A stretch of 64,000 nt of DNA from an uncultured bacterium (GTDB lineage: Bacteria; Patescibacteriota; Minisyncoccia; Phycocordibacterales; UBA9973), in the NCBI GenBank assembly GCA_903894565.1, contig CAITQP010000011.1, positions 6,515-70,514 on the forward strand. The letters run 5' to 3'. A program made the position numbers and the translations under genes. Shown here piece by piece: positions 1 through 9,810 of the stretch (its first letter is position 1; each line of letters starts with the position of its first letter). Under the pieces are notes generated by a model. That model saw only the letters and a list, made by a program, of their open reading frames with translations. It did not search any database and was not told where the DNA came from.

Positions 1-316
1 TGTCTACCGCCTTGGTATCGCACACACACGCCGTCTTGCTCGTCAGATGGTTTCCCACGGACATTTCGTCGTCAATGGTAAGCGCACAACAGTCCCATCG
101 TACGCGGTGAAGATTGGAGATGTCGTTACTGTTCGCGAAGGAAGTAAGAAAAGCGTTCTCTTTACCGAACTCGCCAAGAAGCTCCAGAATTACGCAACAC
201 CAAAATGGCTTCGCTTCGATATCGAGAAATTAGAAGCAAAGATTGACGGAGCACCAGTACTCGAAACAGGCGGTGCATTCAATCTCAACACAGTGCTCGA
301 ATACTACAGTCGTTAA
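1..316 (+). CDS. rpsD: 30S ribosomal protein S4, 5' end outside the window
   Basis: Frame open from the window start: VYRLGIAHTRRLARQMVSHGHFVVNG...VLEYYSR. Lies directly upstream of rpoA. Confidence 0.97.
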   Translation, partial: VYRLGIAHTRRLARQMVSHGHFVVNGKRTTVPSYAVKIGDVVTVREGSKKSVLFTELAKKLQNYATPKWLRFDIEKLEAKIDGAPVLETGGAFNLNTVLEYYSR

Positions 317-366
317 TTGGTCGTTTCATTTGGTTCTAACCATTATCATTCATTTTTTGCATACTT

Positions 367-1341
367 ATGTCGGATCACAACATCATTCTTCCATCAAAGC
401 CTCGCATCGTCAGTGAAGACGGTCACAAGGGCGTGTACGAGATCGACGGGCTCTATCCTGGGTATGGTCACACGCTCGGCAACTCACTTCGCCGAATTGT
501 GCTCTCATCCCTTCCAGGTGCTGCTATTACGCACGTCAAAATTGACGGTGTTTCTCATGAGTTCTCGACCGTAGAAGGCGTCAAGGAAGACGTTGTTCTT
601 ATCCTTCTCCATCTTAAGAAGATTCGTTTTAAGATGACAACCGATGAGCCTCAGACTGCAACTCTTTCTGTAAAGGGTGCAAAGATGGCAACAGCAGGCG
701 ACATGACTGTCTCTGGACAGCTTGAAGTACTCAACCCAGATCTCTTTATTGCAGAGCTCACAGACAAGTCAGCTTCACTCAATATCGAAGTTCGTGTTGA
801 GCGTGGTCTTGGATTCATGCCTCGTGAGATGCATGAGAAGGGCAAGGTTGAAATCGGCACAATGGCTGTTGATGCAATCTTCACTCCAATCCGCCGTGTT
901 TCCTACGAAGTAGAGAACATGCGTGTTGGTGACAAGACAAACCACAACCGTCTCCGCATGCTCATCGAAACAGATGGCACGATCACTCCACGCGAAGCGC
1001 TTGAAAATTCAATCCGCATCATGATCGACCAGCTCGCTGCTATCATCGGATTTACCGAAGAACAGGCTGAATCTGGTGCTGCCGCAATGACAAATGATAC
1101 TGCAAGCGATGACCTCAACGAAGAGGGCAAAGACGACATGAGCGAAGTCCTCAAGACTCGCATCGACACACTTGATTTCTCCACACGAACGTTGAACGCC
1201 CTCACCGATGCGGGCATTCGTACGCTCGGAGGCCTTGCTCGCAAGAAGAAAGAAGATCTTCTTGAGATTGAAGGTATGGGGGAAAAGGGAATTCAGGAGA
1301 TAAAGCGTATTCTTTCCAATTACGGTATCACCCTGAAATAA
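367..1341 (+). CDS. rpoA: RNA polymerase alpha subunit
   Basis: GYGHTLGNSLRRIVLSSLPGAA motif plus C-terminal alpha-CTD; rpsD-rpoA-rplQ synteny. Confidence 0.99.
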   Translation: MSDHNIILPSKPRIVSEDGHKGVYEIDGLYPGYGHTLGNSLRRIVLSSLPGAAITHVKIDGVSHEFSTVEGVKEDVVLILLHLKKIRFKMTTDEPQTATLSVKGAKMATAGDMTVSGQLEVLNPDLFIAELTDKSASLNIEVRVERGLGFMPREMHEKGKVEIGTMAVDAIFTPIRRVSYEVENMRVGDKTNHNRLRMLIETDGTITPREALENSIRIMIDQLAAIIGFTEEQAESGAAAMTNDTASDDLNEEGKDDMSEVLKTRIDTLDFSTRTLNALTDAGIRTLGGLARKKKEDLLEIEGMGEKGIQEIKRILSNYGITLK

Positions 1342-1368
1342 TTTTAGTATTTCGATTTATTCACAATT

Positions 1369-1722
1369 ATGAGACACGCAAACAAAAACAGAAAATTCGG
1401 TCGCGAGAGAAAAGTCCGCAGTACCTTCCTTAAGGGGCTTGCGCTTGATCTCATTCGTCACGGCAAAATCACCACTACTGAAGCTCGCGCAAAGGAGCTC
1501 CGCAAGGTCGTTGAGCCACTCGTAACACTCGCAAAAAGTGGAGACACTGCAAGCCACCGCTTGGCAGTATCCCGACTCCTCAATCGCAAGACTGAGACCA
1601 AGAAACTTTTTGAAGAGATTGCGCCAGGGTACGCAACACGTCCAGGTGGATACACACGCATCACGCGCCTTCCGGTGCGAAAGTCGGATGCTTCTCGAAT
1701 GGCAGTCATCGAGTTTGTATAA
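1369..1722 (+). CDS. rplQ: 50S ribosomal protein L17
   Basis: MRH...KITTTEARAKELR...RPGGYTRI motifs. Confidence 0.99.
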   Translation: MRHANKNRKFGRERKVRSTFLKGLALDLIRHGKITTTEARAKELRKVVEPLVTLAKSGDTASHRLAVSRLLNRKTETKKLFEEIAPGYATRPGGYTRITRLPVRKSDASRMAVIEFV

Positions 1723-1754
1723 TTCCGAACTTTAGGGTAAGGTAAATCACAGCA

Positions 1755-2123
1755 ATGAAAACAACGACTAAAAACAACAAAATGACAACAATCGATGCTT
1801 CAGGCATTACGGTTGGACGCGTAGCTACTCAGGTTGCGCTTGCGCTCATGGGAAAGGACTCTGCAACATTCGAACGTCATATGATGAACGGAGGCAAAGT
1901 AACTGTCACGAATGCAAAGAAGATCAAGATTGATCCTCGTAAGCTCGACACAGTCAAGTTCGCTCAGTACTCAGGATATCCAGGTGGTCTCCGTTACGAG
2001 ACGCTTGCACAGGTGCTTGAGAAGAAAGGTATCGAGGAAGTTCTCCGCCGTGCGGTCTACGGCATGCTCCCAGGCAACAAGCTCCGCCCAGAGATCATGA
2101 AGAACCTTGTCGTAACCGAATAA
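1755..2123 (+). CDS. rplM: 50S ribosomal protein L13 (short CPR form)
   Basis: IDASG...GRVAT, YSGYPGGLR and AVYGMLP motifs; precedes rpsI. Confidence 0.97.
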   Translation: MKTTTKNNKMTTIDASGITVGRVATQVALALMGKDSATFERHMMNGGKVTVTNAKKIKIDPRKLDTVKFAQYSGYPGGLRYETLAQVLEKKGIEEVLRRAVYGMLPGNKLRPEIMKNLVVTE

Positions 2124-2130
2124 TATTTAT

Positions 2131-2532
2131 ATGTCAGAAAAGAAAACATACACAGAGAAGATCGGTCGCCGAAAGACATCAACATGTCGCGTTCGTTTGA
2201 CTCCTGCAACCAAGTCATCATTCACCGTCAACGGTAAGGATGTAAAGGATTACTTCAAGACCGTTGCGCTCATGAAGGTTGTCAACGATGCAATGACACT
2301 CGTTGCTCCAGATCAGAAATATGAAGTAACAGTTATGGTCAACGGTGGAGGAATCCACTCACAGGCCGAAGCAGTTCGTCACGGACTCGCTCGTTACTTC
2401 GCTGAATTAAACGAAGACTCAAAGACAAAGCTCAAGAAAGAAGGCTACCTCAAACGTGATCCACGTTCAAAGGAACGCCGAAAGTTCGGTCTCAAAAAGG
2501 CCCGCAAAGCCCCACAGTGGTCAAAGCGTTAA
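2131..2532 (+). CDS. rpsI: 30S ribosomal protein S9
   Basis: GRRKTS, GGGIHSQAEAVRHG and KKARKAPQWSKR motifs. Confidence 0.99.
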   Translation: MSEKKTYTEKIGRRKTSTCRVRLTPATKSSFTVNGKDVKDYFKTVALMKVVNDAMTLVAPDQKYEVTVMVNGGGIHSQAEAVRHGLARYFAELNEDSKTKLKKEGYLKRDPRSKERRKFGLKKARKAPQWSKR

Positions 2533-2544
2533 TCAGGACTTTTC

Positions 2545-2572
2545 AAAAAACACCCGAATATGGGTGTTTTTT
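2545..2572 (+). terminator. Intrinsic terminator after rpsI
   Basis: AAAAAACACCCG-aata-TGGGTGTTTTTT hairpin with U-tract. Confidence 0.85.
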
Positions 2573-2656
2573 GTTGTGCCATTTGGGTGTTTACTCATGC
2601 CACAATGTGTAGTAGTGTAGGTTTCAGAACAGGTAGTTCATAAAATTCTGTAAAAA

Positions 2657-3037
2657 ATGAAAATAGTGAAAATGACAGTATTGCTGTTCATGTTTGTCGC
2701 TCAGACTACTTGGGCACAGCAGAGCGTGTCAGCTCGTGTGAGAGAACAGAGTCGGAGTTTGAACCACGCAATCGAGAATCGCGAAGAAGTACTCTCTGAT
2801 TCTATTTTTGCTGAGGTAAAAAAAAGTTTTCTAAGAAAGACATATATTATCTCAACACTAGATAAGAAATATTGGTATCGGTGCACACAACCGAGATTTC
2901 GAAGGAAAATGAAAATTTGGATACCGAAGGCATATGCTTCTGTTTCAAGAAGAAAAATGAGCACGAGTGCTCGAAGTAACCATAATTTTTTAATAAAATT
3001 AAATGCTCAGAAAAAACACTTTCACTTAGAAAAGTAA
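2657..3037 (+). CDS. Orphan secreted basic protein
   Basis: Signal-peptide-like N-terminus (MKIVKMTVLLFMFVAQTTWAQ); AT-rich; followed by a terminator-like hairpin near 3069-3095. Confidence 0.55.
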   Translation: MKIVKMTVLLFMFVAQTTWAQQSVSARVREQSRSLNHAIENREEVLSDSIFAEVKKSFLRKTYIISTLDKKYWYRCTQPRFRRKMKIWIPKAYASVSRRKMSTSARSNHNFLIKLNAQKKHFHLEK

Positions 3038-3139
3038 CACACTCAATGAATTTGAAGACGATTTGATTGCACCAGATTTCCTGGTGCTTTTTTTGTTGTG
3101 TTAGTATTTTTTATAATTTGAACTGTGTATACTAGTGGT

Positions 3140-3400
3140 GTGAAAACGACTTTTACCGAAAAAGTAAAAAAGATTGTTTCAGAAATTCCCAAAGGCGAGA
3201 CGCTTACGTATGCGGAGGTCGCACGACGCGCGGGGAGTCCAGATGCTGTGCGTGCTGTTGGGTCAATCATGAAGTTGAATTATGACCCGGCGGTGCCTTG
3301 TCATCGAGTCATACGATCGGATGGAACGGTTGGAGAATACAATCGGGGAGGAGCGCGAGCGAAGCTCGCGCTCCTTATTGCCGAAGGTGCTCATATCTAA
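3140..3400 (+). CDS. O6-methylguanine-DNA alkyltransferase (single-domain MGMT family)
   Basis: IPKGETLTYAEVA...RAVG...VPCHRV active-site motif. GTG start lies just after a TATACT -10 element. Confidence 0.9.
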   Translation: MKTTFTEKVKKIVSEIPKGETLTYAEVARRAGSPDAVRAVGSIMKLNYDPAVPCHRVIRSDGTVGEYNRGGARAKLALLIAEGAHI

Positions 3401-3498
3401 ATCAAAAGCAGAGTGCTTCTTGTACCTCACATCTTGACGTACTATAAAAGTGTATATATAGTAAAAAATAAGACGGGTAGTCTTTAAAAAGCTGTAAC

Positions 3499-3744
3499 AT
3501 GATTAAAGAAATCGAAAAAAATCGGAATCGCATGATTCCAATTAATGAGTGTAACAAAGGGATAAAAGATCTCTACTGGTTGAATAACCTTATCCTTGGA
3601 TTTGGATTTGGGTGCTATCTTCTTCCGGAAGGATTAAAATTTTTTTTCCAGCTTGATACTGGAATAATTTTTTACCTCGTAGGGTCGGCAGCCCTGATAC
3701 TTCATGTTCGGTTGCTTCAAACTCTCAAGCTACTAAGAACATAA
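3499..3744 (+). CDS. Orphan small membrane protein (2 TM)
   Basis: Two hydrophobic segments; TTGACG promoter upstream near 3435. Confidence 0.5.
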   Translation: MIKEIEKNRNRMIPINECNKGIKDLYWLNNLILGFGFGCYLLPEGLKFFFQLDTGIIFYLVGSAALILHVRLLQTLKLLRT

Positions 3745-3862
3745 AAACACGCACAGCATGCACTATGAGTCACCGAGATAATATCAAAGGTGGCTTTTGT
3801 TATGGGAAGTCGATGTTGCATAAGTATTCAAAATAGATATAAAAATAGGGTATACTTATCTT

Positions 3863-4414
3863 ATGGACATATTTGCACACGCACTCTGGACGACGGCGGG
3901 CACTCGCGCGGTAAACTCAAATCTCGAAAAGAAACACAAGCAACTCATTCAAGTTGGCTGGACGGCATTTTGGGGAGTCTTTCCTGATCTCTTTGCCTTC
4001 GTACTTCCAATGATTCTTTCTATTCCTACGCTCATTCATAACGGGCTCATGTTTGGTCGACCTTCGACCATGGGACTCTCTGCCAATCTGTACCAATATA
4101 GTCACTCGCTCGTCATTTGGCTCGCAGTCTTTCTCATTGTGTGGTTCATCAAAAAACGCCCCGCATATGAACTGTGTGGTTGGGCGCTTCACATTTTGAT
4201 TGATATTCCATCACACGCGGCGAATTTTTATCCAACGCCATTTTTGTTTCCCGTATCAAGTTACAAATTTTTGCACGGGATCTCGTGGGGCAACAAATAC
4301 TACATGATCATCAATTACACGTCGCTCATCGTTGTGTACGGATATTTTTTCATTCGTAAAATGAAAACGAAACGTGCTCAAAAAAACGCAAAAGATTATC
4401 TCGCGAGTAAATAG
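3863..4414 (+). CDS. Membrane metal-dependent hydrolase-like protein (YdjM-like)
   Basis: MDIFAH...PDL...SHSL...LHILID motifs. Confidence 0.75.
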   Translation: MDIFAHALWTTAGTRAVNSNLEKKHKQLIQVGWTAFWGVFPDLFAFVLPMILSIPTLIHNGLMFGRPSTMGLSANLYQYSHSLVIWLAVFLIVWFIKKRPAYELCGWALHILIDIPSHAANFYPTPFLFPVSSYKFLHGISWGNKYYMIINYTSLIVVYGYFFIRKMKTKRAQKNAKDYLASK

Positions 4415-4416
4415 CT

Positions 4417-4932
4417 ATGACGAAGAAATCGAAAGTTGTCGTCGTCAACGACAAAATGCAAAAAGGGTATACGTATGAACTCGTCGAGCCTGAGGGTCGT
4501 AATTTTGATCCGCTCTTTCGTCCTGAACTTACACCCAAAGAAATGCTCGTACTGGGTATTTTTGGTGGTAAGTACATGACTGACTGCACAAACGAATTTC
4601 CCAAAAGTTGGTTTACGCACGCCAAGCTCTCGCCAGGGAAATATGACGCCTCGCTCAACTATTTCAAAATAAACGCTTCGCAAAGTTTGAATGAATGGAA
4701 GAAGAAGGGCTGGATATATAAAAATGATCCACGCGGATGGTTTCAGTGGTATTGTCGCTATTACATGGGTCGCAGAATCCCTGGTGAGGATACACGCCAG
4801 ATCAAGCGTTGGAACGCTATACGGAGGCATATTGCGCAAATACAGGCCAATTGCAGGCCTGGGGACACTCTCTGTCGACCGCGCCAGAGACAGGCGCTCC
4901 TTCATTGGGCCTACGACACTCGTGAACTCTAA
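4417..4932 (+). CDS. Conserved hypothetical protein (DPRGWFQWYCRYY family)
   Basis: LTPKEML-LGIFGGKY...DPRGWFQWYCRYY-GRR...RQALLHW, a recognisable family of unknown function. Confidence 0.8.
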   Translation: MTKKSKVVVVNDKMQKGYTYELVEPEGRNFDPLFRPELTPKEMLVLGIFGGKYMTDCTNEFPKSWFTHAKLSPGKYDASLNYFKINASQSLNEWKKKGWIYKNDPRGWFQWYCRYYMGRRIPGEDTRQIKRWNAIRRHIAQIQANCRPGDTLCRPRQRQALLHWAYDTREL

Positions 4933-4956
4933 AATGTTTGGTATAATCGGATCACT

Positions 4957-5331
4957 ATGAAAAATAAAAATCTTTGGATCTCATTGCTTGTCATCATTCT
5001 GGCTGCCGTTGTCGCTGGATATCTTTTGCGTCGTCACGTGAATGCACCAGTGCCTACCGCGCTCAATCAAAATCCTTCCTATACATTTCTCTGTCCCGAC
5101 CAAAAATCGATCACTGCAACATTTCATCTTCCTGATGACGCGAGCGTAGGCGTTGCTCTCAGTGATGGACGCACCATGAATCTACCGCACGCAGTATCAG
5201 CGAGTGGTGCACGTTACGCAAACGCGGACGAAAGTTTTGTATTTTGGAACAAGGGAACGTCGGCCTTTATCGAAGAAAACGGAAAGACTACCTATGATGG
5301 TTGTGTAACAAGTGCTCCGAATAATCAATAA
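4957..5331 (+). CDS. MliC-family lysozyme inhibitor
   Basis: SASGARY...FWNKG motif, two Cys, N-terminal TM. Confidence 0.9.
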   Translation: MKNKNLWISLLVIILAAVVAGYLLRRHVNAPVPTALNQNPSYTFLCPDQKSITATFHLPDDASVGVALSDGRTMNLPHAVSASGARYANADESFVFWNKGTSAFIEENGKTTYDGCVTSAPNNQ

Positions 5332-5334
5332 TCT

Positions 5335-6108
5335 ATGAACGCACTTCACGCAATCATACTTGGAATCATTGAAGGTATCACCGAGTTCCTTCCGATTTCT
5401 TCGACGGGCCACATGATCCTCACCGCAAATCTTCTGCACCTCACTGAAACTGATTTTGTAAAAAGTTTTGAGATATTCATTCAGCTTGGCGCGATCCTTG
5501 CCGTCGTCATTTTGTATTGGAAGCGAGTATTGCTCTCATGGAAAACATTTTCCCGTGTTGCTGTCGCATTCATCCCGACAGCAGTGATTGGTTTACTCGC
5601 GTATAAATTCGTCAAAGCACATTTGCTCGGCAATATGCACGTCGTACTCTGGTCACTTTTTCTTGGCGGTATCTTCCTTGTTGTGTTTGAATACTTTCAG
5701 AAAGGAAAGACTGCTCGCGTAAACACAATTGAATCGATTACGTACACTCAAGCACTCTGGATCGGTATCTTTCAAGCGATCGCCATTATCCCAGGTGTGT
5801 CTCGATCAGCTGCGACGATTGTTGGCGGACTTGCGCTCGGCATCGCGCGCGACACGATTGTTGAGTTCTCTTTTATGCTCGCGATCCCAACTATGCTTGC
5901 AGCCACAGGACTTGATTTGATCAAATCCGGATTTCATTTTTCAGGACAAGAAACGGAAATGCTCGGTATTGGATTCGTTGTCGCATTCATTTCCGCATTC
6001 TTCGCAATAAAATTCTTGCTCGACTACGTGAAGAATCACACATTCGTTTCGTTTGGTGTGTATCGCATCGGAATTTCAATTGCTTTTCTTTTGTATCTGA
6101 TATACTAG
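5335..6108 (+). CDS. uppP: Undecaprenyl-diphosphate phosphatase
   Basis: EGITEFLPISSTGH and PGVSRSAATI motifs. Confidence 0.97.
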   Translation: MNALHAIILGIIEGITEFLPISSTGHMILTANLLHLTETDFVKSFEIFIQLGAILAVVILYWKRVLLSWKTFSRVAVAFIPTAVIGLLAYKFVKAHLLGNMHVVLWSLFLGGIFLVVFEYFQKGKTARVNTIESITYTQALWIGIFQAIAIIPGVSRSAATIVGGLALGIARDTIVEFSFMLAIPTMLAATGLDLIKSGFHFSGQETEMLGIGFVVAFISAFFAIKFLLDYVKNHTFVSFGVYRIGISIAFLLYLIY

Positions 6109-6144
6109 GAGTGTTATTAATTACAAATAATTCTATTTTCATTT

Positions 6145-6216
6145 ATGGCAAAAGGAATTTCACACAAGAAGGAAGCGAAGAAGCCAAAGAAGGCAAAGGC
6201 AGATAAGAAGAAGTAG
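6145..6216 (+). CDS. Putative 23-aa lysine-rich micropeptide (MAKGISHKKEAKKPKKAKADKKK)
   Basis: ATG...TAG ORF between uppP and a bidirectional terminator; 11 of 23 residues are Lys; below the length cutoff of the ORF track. Confidence 0.55.
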   Translation: MAKGISHKKEAKKPKKAKADKKK

Positions 6217-6230
6217 GGAATACAGGTGCA

Positions 6231-6272
6231 CAAAAACAAAAGCCGCCCCGTGAGGGGCGGCTTTTGTTTTTG
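6231..6272. terminator. Bidirectional intrinsic terminator
   Basis: CAAAAACAAAAGCCGCCCC-gtga-GGGGCGGCTTTTGTTTTTG. Confidence 0.9.
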
Positions 6273-6284
6273 ATTGCTCAAAGA

Positions 6285-6491
6285 TTACGCGTTCTGAACG
6301 AGCTGTACGTTTACAGCATTCTGTCCTTTTGGCGAGTCTTCAACTTCAAATGAAACAGTCTCTCCTTCGCGAAGGTCGTCGAAAGCGACGCCTACGAGGT
6401 TCTTGCTGTGGAAGAAAATATCCTTAGCAAGTCCTTCTGCTGAGATGAAACCGAAACCTTTGTCAGTGAGCTTTTTGATTATTCCAGTCAT
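6285..6491 (-). CDS. cspA: Cold-shock protein
   Basis: KGFGFI (RNP1) and DIFFH (RNP2) motifs. Confidence 0.95.
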   Translation of the reverse strand: MTGIIKKLTDKGFGFISAEGLAKDIFFHSKNLVGVAFDDLREGETVSFEVEDSPKGQNAVNVQLVQNA

Positions 6492-6698
6492 TGGTGTTTT
6501 GTTTAAACTTCTAAATACAAATGTAGTCTGCTCTTCAAATCGACTCCTTTCGAACCCAACTTCTTTGCAAAGAGAATTATATCACCAGTCGTATAAAAAG
6601 TCAAGGACATACTTTGGTGCACAAAATTGACTGGACCAGACGCAAATATAGCCTGACTTTGGAGTCAGGCTATATTCTTGATTGATTTCGTTAAATTT

Positions 6699-7142
6699 TT
6701 ACACCAGGTCAGTTAAGATCGGTGGCGCAGGCAACTTGGCAACTTTTACAATGTACCCATTTTTTCTGATAGTAAGATAATTTCTATCATAAGTTGGGTA
6801 TGAGATTGTTATCTGGCTGGCGACTGCCGCTCTTGTAATGAGAAGCTCGTCCAGCAGTGGTACAACATCGGTTTTGTACCTGCCAGGAGCGTCGACTTCA
6901 TCAGAAGACGCGCGTCCCCTGATAGTGAAAAGATGCTGGCACTTAACCTCGTGAGAAGCTACCAGTATCGCCATTTTCTGGGATATTTTTTCGATGACAA
7001 TGTCGTCCTGCTTTACTTCAGAATATTTTCCCAGTTGGGTAGAAACATCTGTACCTGTAATTTGGTGCGAATGAAGCATTTTAACGTTTTGCTCTTCGTC
7101 AGTAACGTGAAAAATTTCTCCGTAATTTTCTGTTAATTTCAT
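6699..7142 (-). CDS. Orphan protein, paralog of 7298-7777
   Basis: C-terminal LTIRKNGYIVKV matches LSLRKNGFIVEV in the neighbour; own TTGACA promoter. Confidence 0.65.
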   Translation of the reverse strand: MKLTENYGEIFHVTDEEQNVKMLHSHQITGTDVSTQLGKYSEVKQDDIVIEKISQKMAILVASHEVKCQHLFTIRGRASSDEVDAPGRYKTDVVPLLDELLITRAAVASQITISYPTYDRNYLTIRKNGYIVKVAKLPAPPILTDLV

Positions 7143-7297
7143 AATTCAATTCTTGGTTTGTGAACACATTAAAATTAAAGTGGTAAATTGTCAAATCGCT
7201 GCGAGTGCCGCGTTTTTGTAGTTAAAATCGAAAGAGGGAATTGGGTATAAAAAATACCCAACATTGCGCTGGGCATTTTTTACAATATTTTTACGTT

Positions 7298-7777
7298 CTA
7301 TCTCGAGAACAAACTGCGATGAAAAATTATCGATAACTCATCACTATTCTTCTCTGACGAAATTTCTTCATCGTTTACCTCAACGATGAAGCCATTTTTC
7401 CTGAGTGATAGTGCGCGAATTTTGTTTGCAGCGTAAAATTGATCCAATTGACGGTTGAAGTCAGCTTTAATTTTACTTAGTTCCTCGATTATGTCTCCGG
7501 CATTTTGTGCTCCCTTTGCCAGAAGGTTCAAAGATTCACCTTGTTGAGCGCCTTGTAGAAGGTAAAGTTTTTCTACGTGTTTGGCGTACCTGGTTTCTTG
7601 GATCGCCATCGTTGGAGTAATTCGACCGATATTATTTTCGGTAGATTCATCTATTTCTGGGTATGTTGCCATGTGCGCAACAACCTCTGCACTTGTCAGT
7701 TCATATGTTCTTAATTTTAACACATGATGGTCCTCTGTCATTGCAGGGTACGGCTGAGAGATTTTGTTTTGATACAT
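7298..7777 (-). CDS. Orphan protein, paralog of 6699-7142
   Basis: Colinear similarity to the neighbour; own TTGACA promoter and terminator (about 7255-7282). Confidence 0.65.
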   Translation of the reverse strand: MYQNKISQPYPAMTEDHHVLKLRTYELTSAEVVAHMATYPEIDESTENNIGRITPTMAIQETRYAKHVEKLYLLQGAQQGESLNLLAKGAQNAGDIIEELSKIKADFNRQLDQFYAANKIRALSLRKNGFIVEVNDEEISSEKNSDELSIIFHRSLFSR

Positions 7778-7862
7778 TTTAATTTTGGTTTGTCATCAAT
7801 TTAAAACAAAAATACTAAATTGTCAATGCTTATGCTAAACCACATTGAGATATACTAGTATC

Positions 7863-8411
7863 ATGATTTCGAACGAAAAAATCGATCAACTCCTTGTTGG
7901 TGAACAAACTGAACACAAGGAAACATATCCGAATCTTTACATTCGTCACTACCTCGAACAATATCGAATCTATTTGCGCGTGCTTGGCAATACCGCCGAA
8001 CGTCGCCAACAATCAAACGAATTCTTTCTCGGTATCAACACCGCCATCATGGCAATACTTGGATACATCGAGACCAAGGAGGTTGCACATTCAACAACAC
8101 TCATTTTTACAATTGTGCCATTCATCGGCATTGTCATTTGTCGTTCGTGGTGGCAAGCGATGCAATCATACCGTCAGCTCGCGAAAGCGAAATTTCGCGT
8201 GATTCATCGCATGGAGCGCAAACTTCCGGCAGCGCTCTTTGAGACCGAATGGGAGATTCTCGGTCGTGGCAAAAAGCCGAGTGAATACTATCCGCTCTCA
8301 CTCGTGGAAAAAAATGTTCCGCTCATATTCATTTTGTTGTACCTCGTTATCTTCTTCGCAAATTCTCCGTTTGTGAATGTTATCGCTCCCTATTTCCAAG
8401 CATGGAAATAA
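7863..8411 (+). CDS. RipA/Rip1-like octameric membrane protein family
   Basis: EQY...ERRQ-SN-FF--IN...W...SY-QL--AKF-VI--ME--LP---F--EW pattern with 3 TM segments. Confidence 0.65.
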   Translation: MISNEKIDQLLVGEQTEHKETYPNLYIRHYLEQYRIYLRVLGNTAERRQQSNEFFLGINTAIMAILGYIETKEVAHSTTLIFTIVPFIGIVICRSWWQAMQSYRQLAKAKFRVIHRMERKLPAALFETEWEILGRGKKPSEYYPLSLVEKNVPLIFILLYLVIFFANSPFVNVIAPYFQAWK

Positions 8412-8430
8412 ATAGTCTGTAAACTCGAAT

Positions 8431-9117
8431 ATGACCTCGAAAATACCTTGGGATGATGTCGTTGATAAGTTTGATACATATAAAGACGAACTTTATTACG
8501 GAGCAGCCGATAATATTGAAACGGTTTGGCCAGTAGTTTTAGATTTTATAAAAAACAAGATTCATATTTCTCACGGCATAAAAGCTTTGGATTTTGGGTG
8601 TGGTACAGGAATGTTTTGTCGAGAGCTGCAAAGTCTTGGTTTTGAATCTTTTGGTATTGATGTGTCTCCTGAAATGATTAGAGTTGGAAAAGAACATTTG
8701 GGTCAAGATAGTCATTTGTATGTTGGGGATACATCACTTGCAAAAAGTCTTACAGAAAAAGAAGGAGCGTTTGATCTGATTGTTTCAATAATGGTGTTGC
8801 AGTTTATTGAAGATCAGAAAATACAAGAGCTTGGCAGGGCACTAAAAAAGGGTGGGTATTGTATTCTTGTAAATCATAATCCTCTGCACTTGAAAGCGAG
8901 AGGTTTTACCGACACTTTTACACTCGGCGGTACTGATACAACGATACCTCTCTATCAGCGGTCAGCTGAAGATTATGATGCTTTACTTGCTCCACTTGGT
9001 TTCAAAAGGATTTTTGAAACATACGCGACTGAAAGTCCTGAATTTTTAAAAAAGTATAATCTTGTTCGACCCTCTGACGACCCTAAATATCTCGTTTTAG
9101 CATATACATTAAACTAA
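8431..9117 (+). CDS. Class I SAM-dependent methyltransferase
   Basis: ALDFGCGTG, GIDVSPEM and FDLIVS motifs. Confidence 0.9.
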   Translation: MTSKIPWDDVVDKFDTYKDELYYGAADNIETVWPVVLDFIKNKIHISHGIKALDFGCGTGMFCRELQSLGFESFGIDVSPEMIRVGKEHLGQDSHLYVGDTSLAKSLTEKEGAFDLIVSIMVLQFIEDQKIQELGRALKKGGYCILVNHNPLHLKARGFTDTFTLGGTDTTIPLYQRSAEDYDALLAPLGFKRIFETYATESPEFLKKYNLVRPSDDPKYLVLAYTLN

Positions 9118-9155
9118 AGACTTGTAAAAAATTAAGAGACGTATAGAATAGGCGC

Positions 9156-9758
9156 ATGAATGATACTGATCAAACAACACAATCTATGGATGAGAACAAT
9201 GATGGCGCACCGATTGATGACGTCGTGTTTGAGGAGACAGCCGAAGGGGAAGGCGAGGCATTGTCCGCCGACAAAATCAAAAAACTCCGCGCTGATTTGA
9301 GGCTCGCTCAAACAGAAAAAGCCGACTATTTGACCAATTGGCAAAAAGAGCGCGCTGATTTTATTAATTACAAAAAAGGTGAGGACGAGCGCAAAAAACA
9401 GACGCTTGATTTTGCACGTGAACAATTCACGGAAGAATTGCTCCCAGTACTCGATGCGTATGACATGGCCTTTGCGAACAAGGAAGCATGGGAAAAAGTC
9501 GACAAGAGTTGGCGCATGGGTGTTGAATATATTCAACAGCAACTCGTAAAAGTATTGCTCGATAATGGCGTGACAGAAATCGCACCAAAGGAAGGCGACC
9601 TCGCAGATTCAAACATTCATGATTTGATTGATACCATTCCGACCACTGAGGTCGCGAAAGAACACACGGTGGCGGCTGTTATGCAAAAAGGATACAAGAT
9701 GCGTGACCGTGTCATTCGTCCTGCTCGTGTGAAGGTGTACGCGCATACAAAGGAATAG
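9156..9758 (+). CDS. grpE: Nucleotide exchange factor GrpE
   Basis: ERADFINYKK, LLPVLD and QKGY...VIRPARVKV motifs. Confidence 0.97.
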   Translation: MNDTDQTTQSMDENNDGAPIDDVVFEETAEGEGEALSADKIKKLRADLRLAQTEKADYLTNWQKERADFINYKKGEDERKKQTLDFAREQFTEELLPVLDAYDMAFANKEAWEKVDKSWRMGVEYIQQQLVKVLLDNGVTEIAPKEGDLADSNIHDLIDTIPTTEVAKEHTVAAVMQKGYKMRDRVIRPARVKVYAHTKE

Positions 9759-9810
9759 AGCGTAAGAAAGGTGAAAGGGGTGGCAACTATATAATCGTTG
9801 CCACCCCTTT

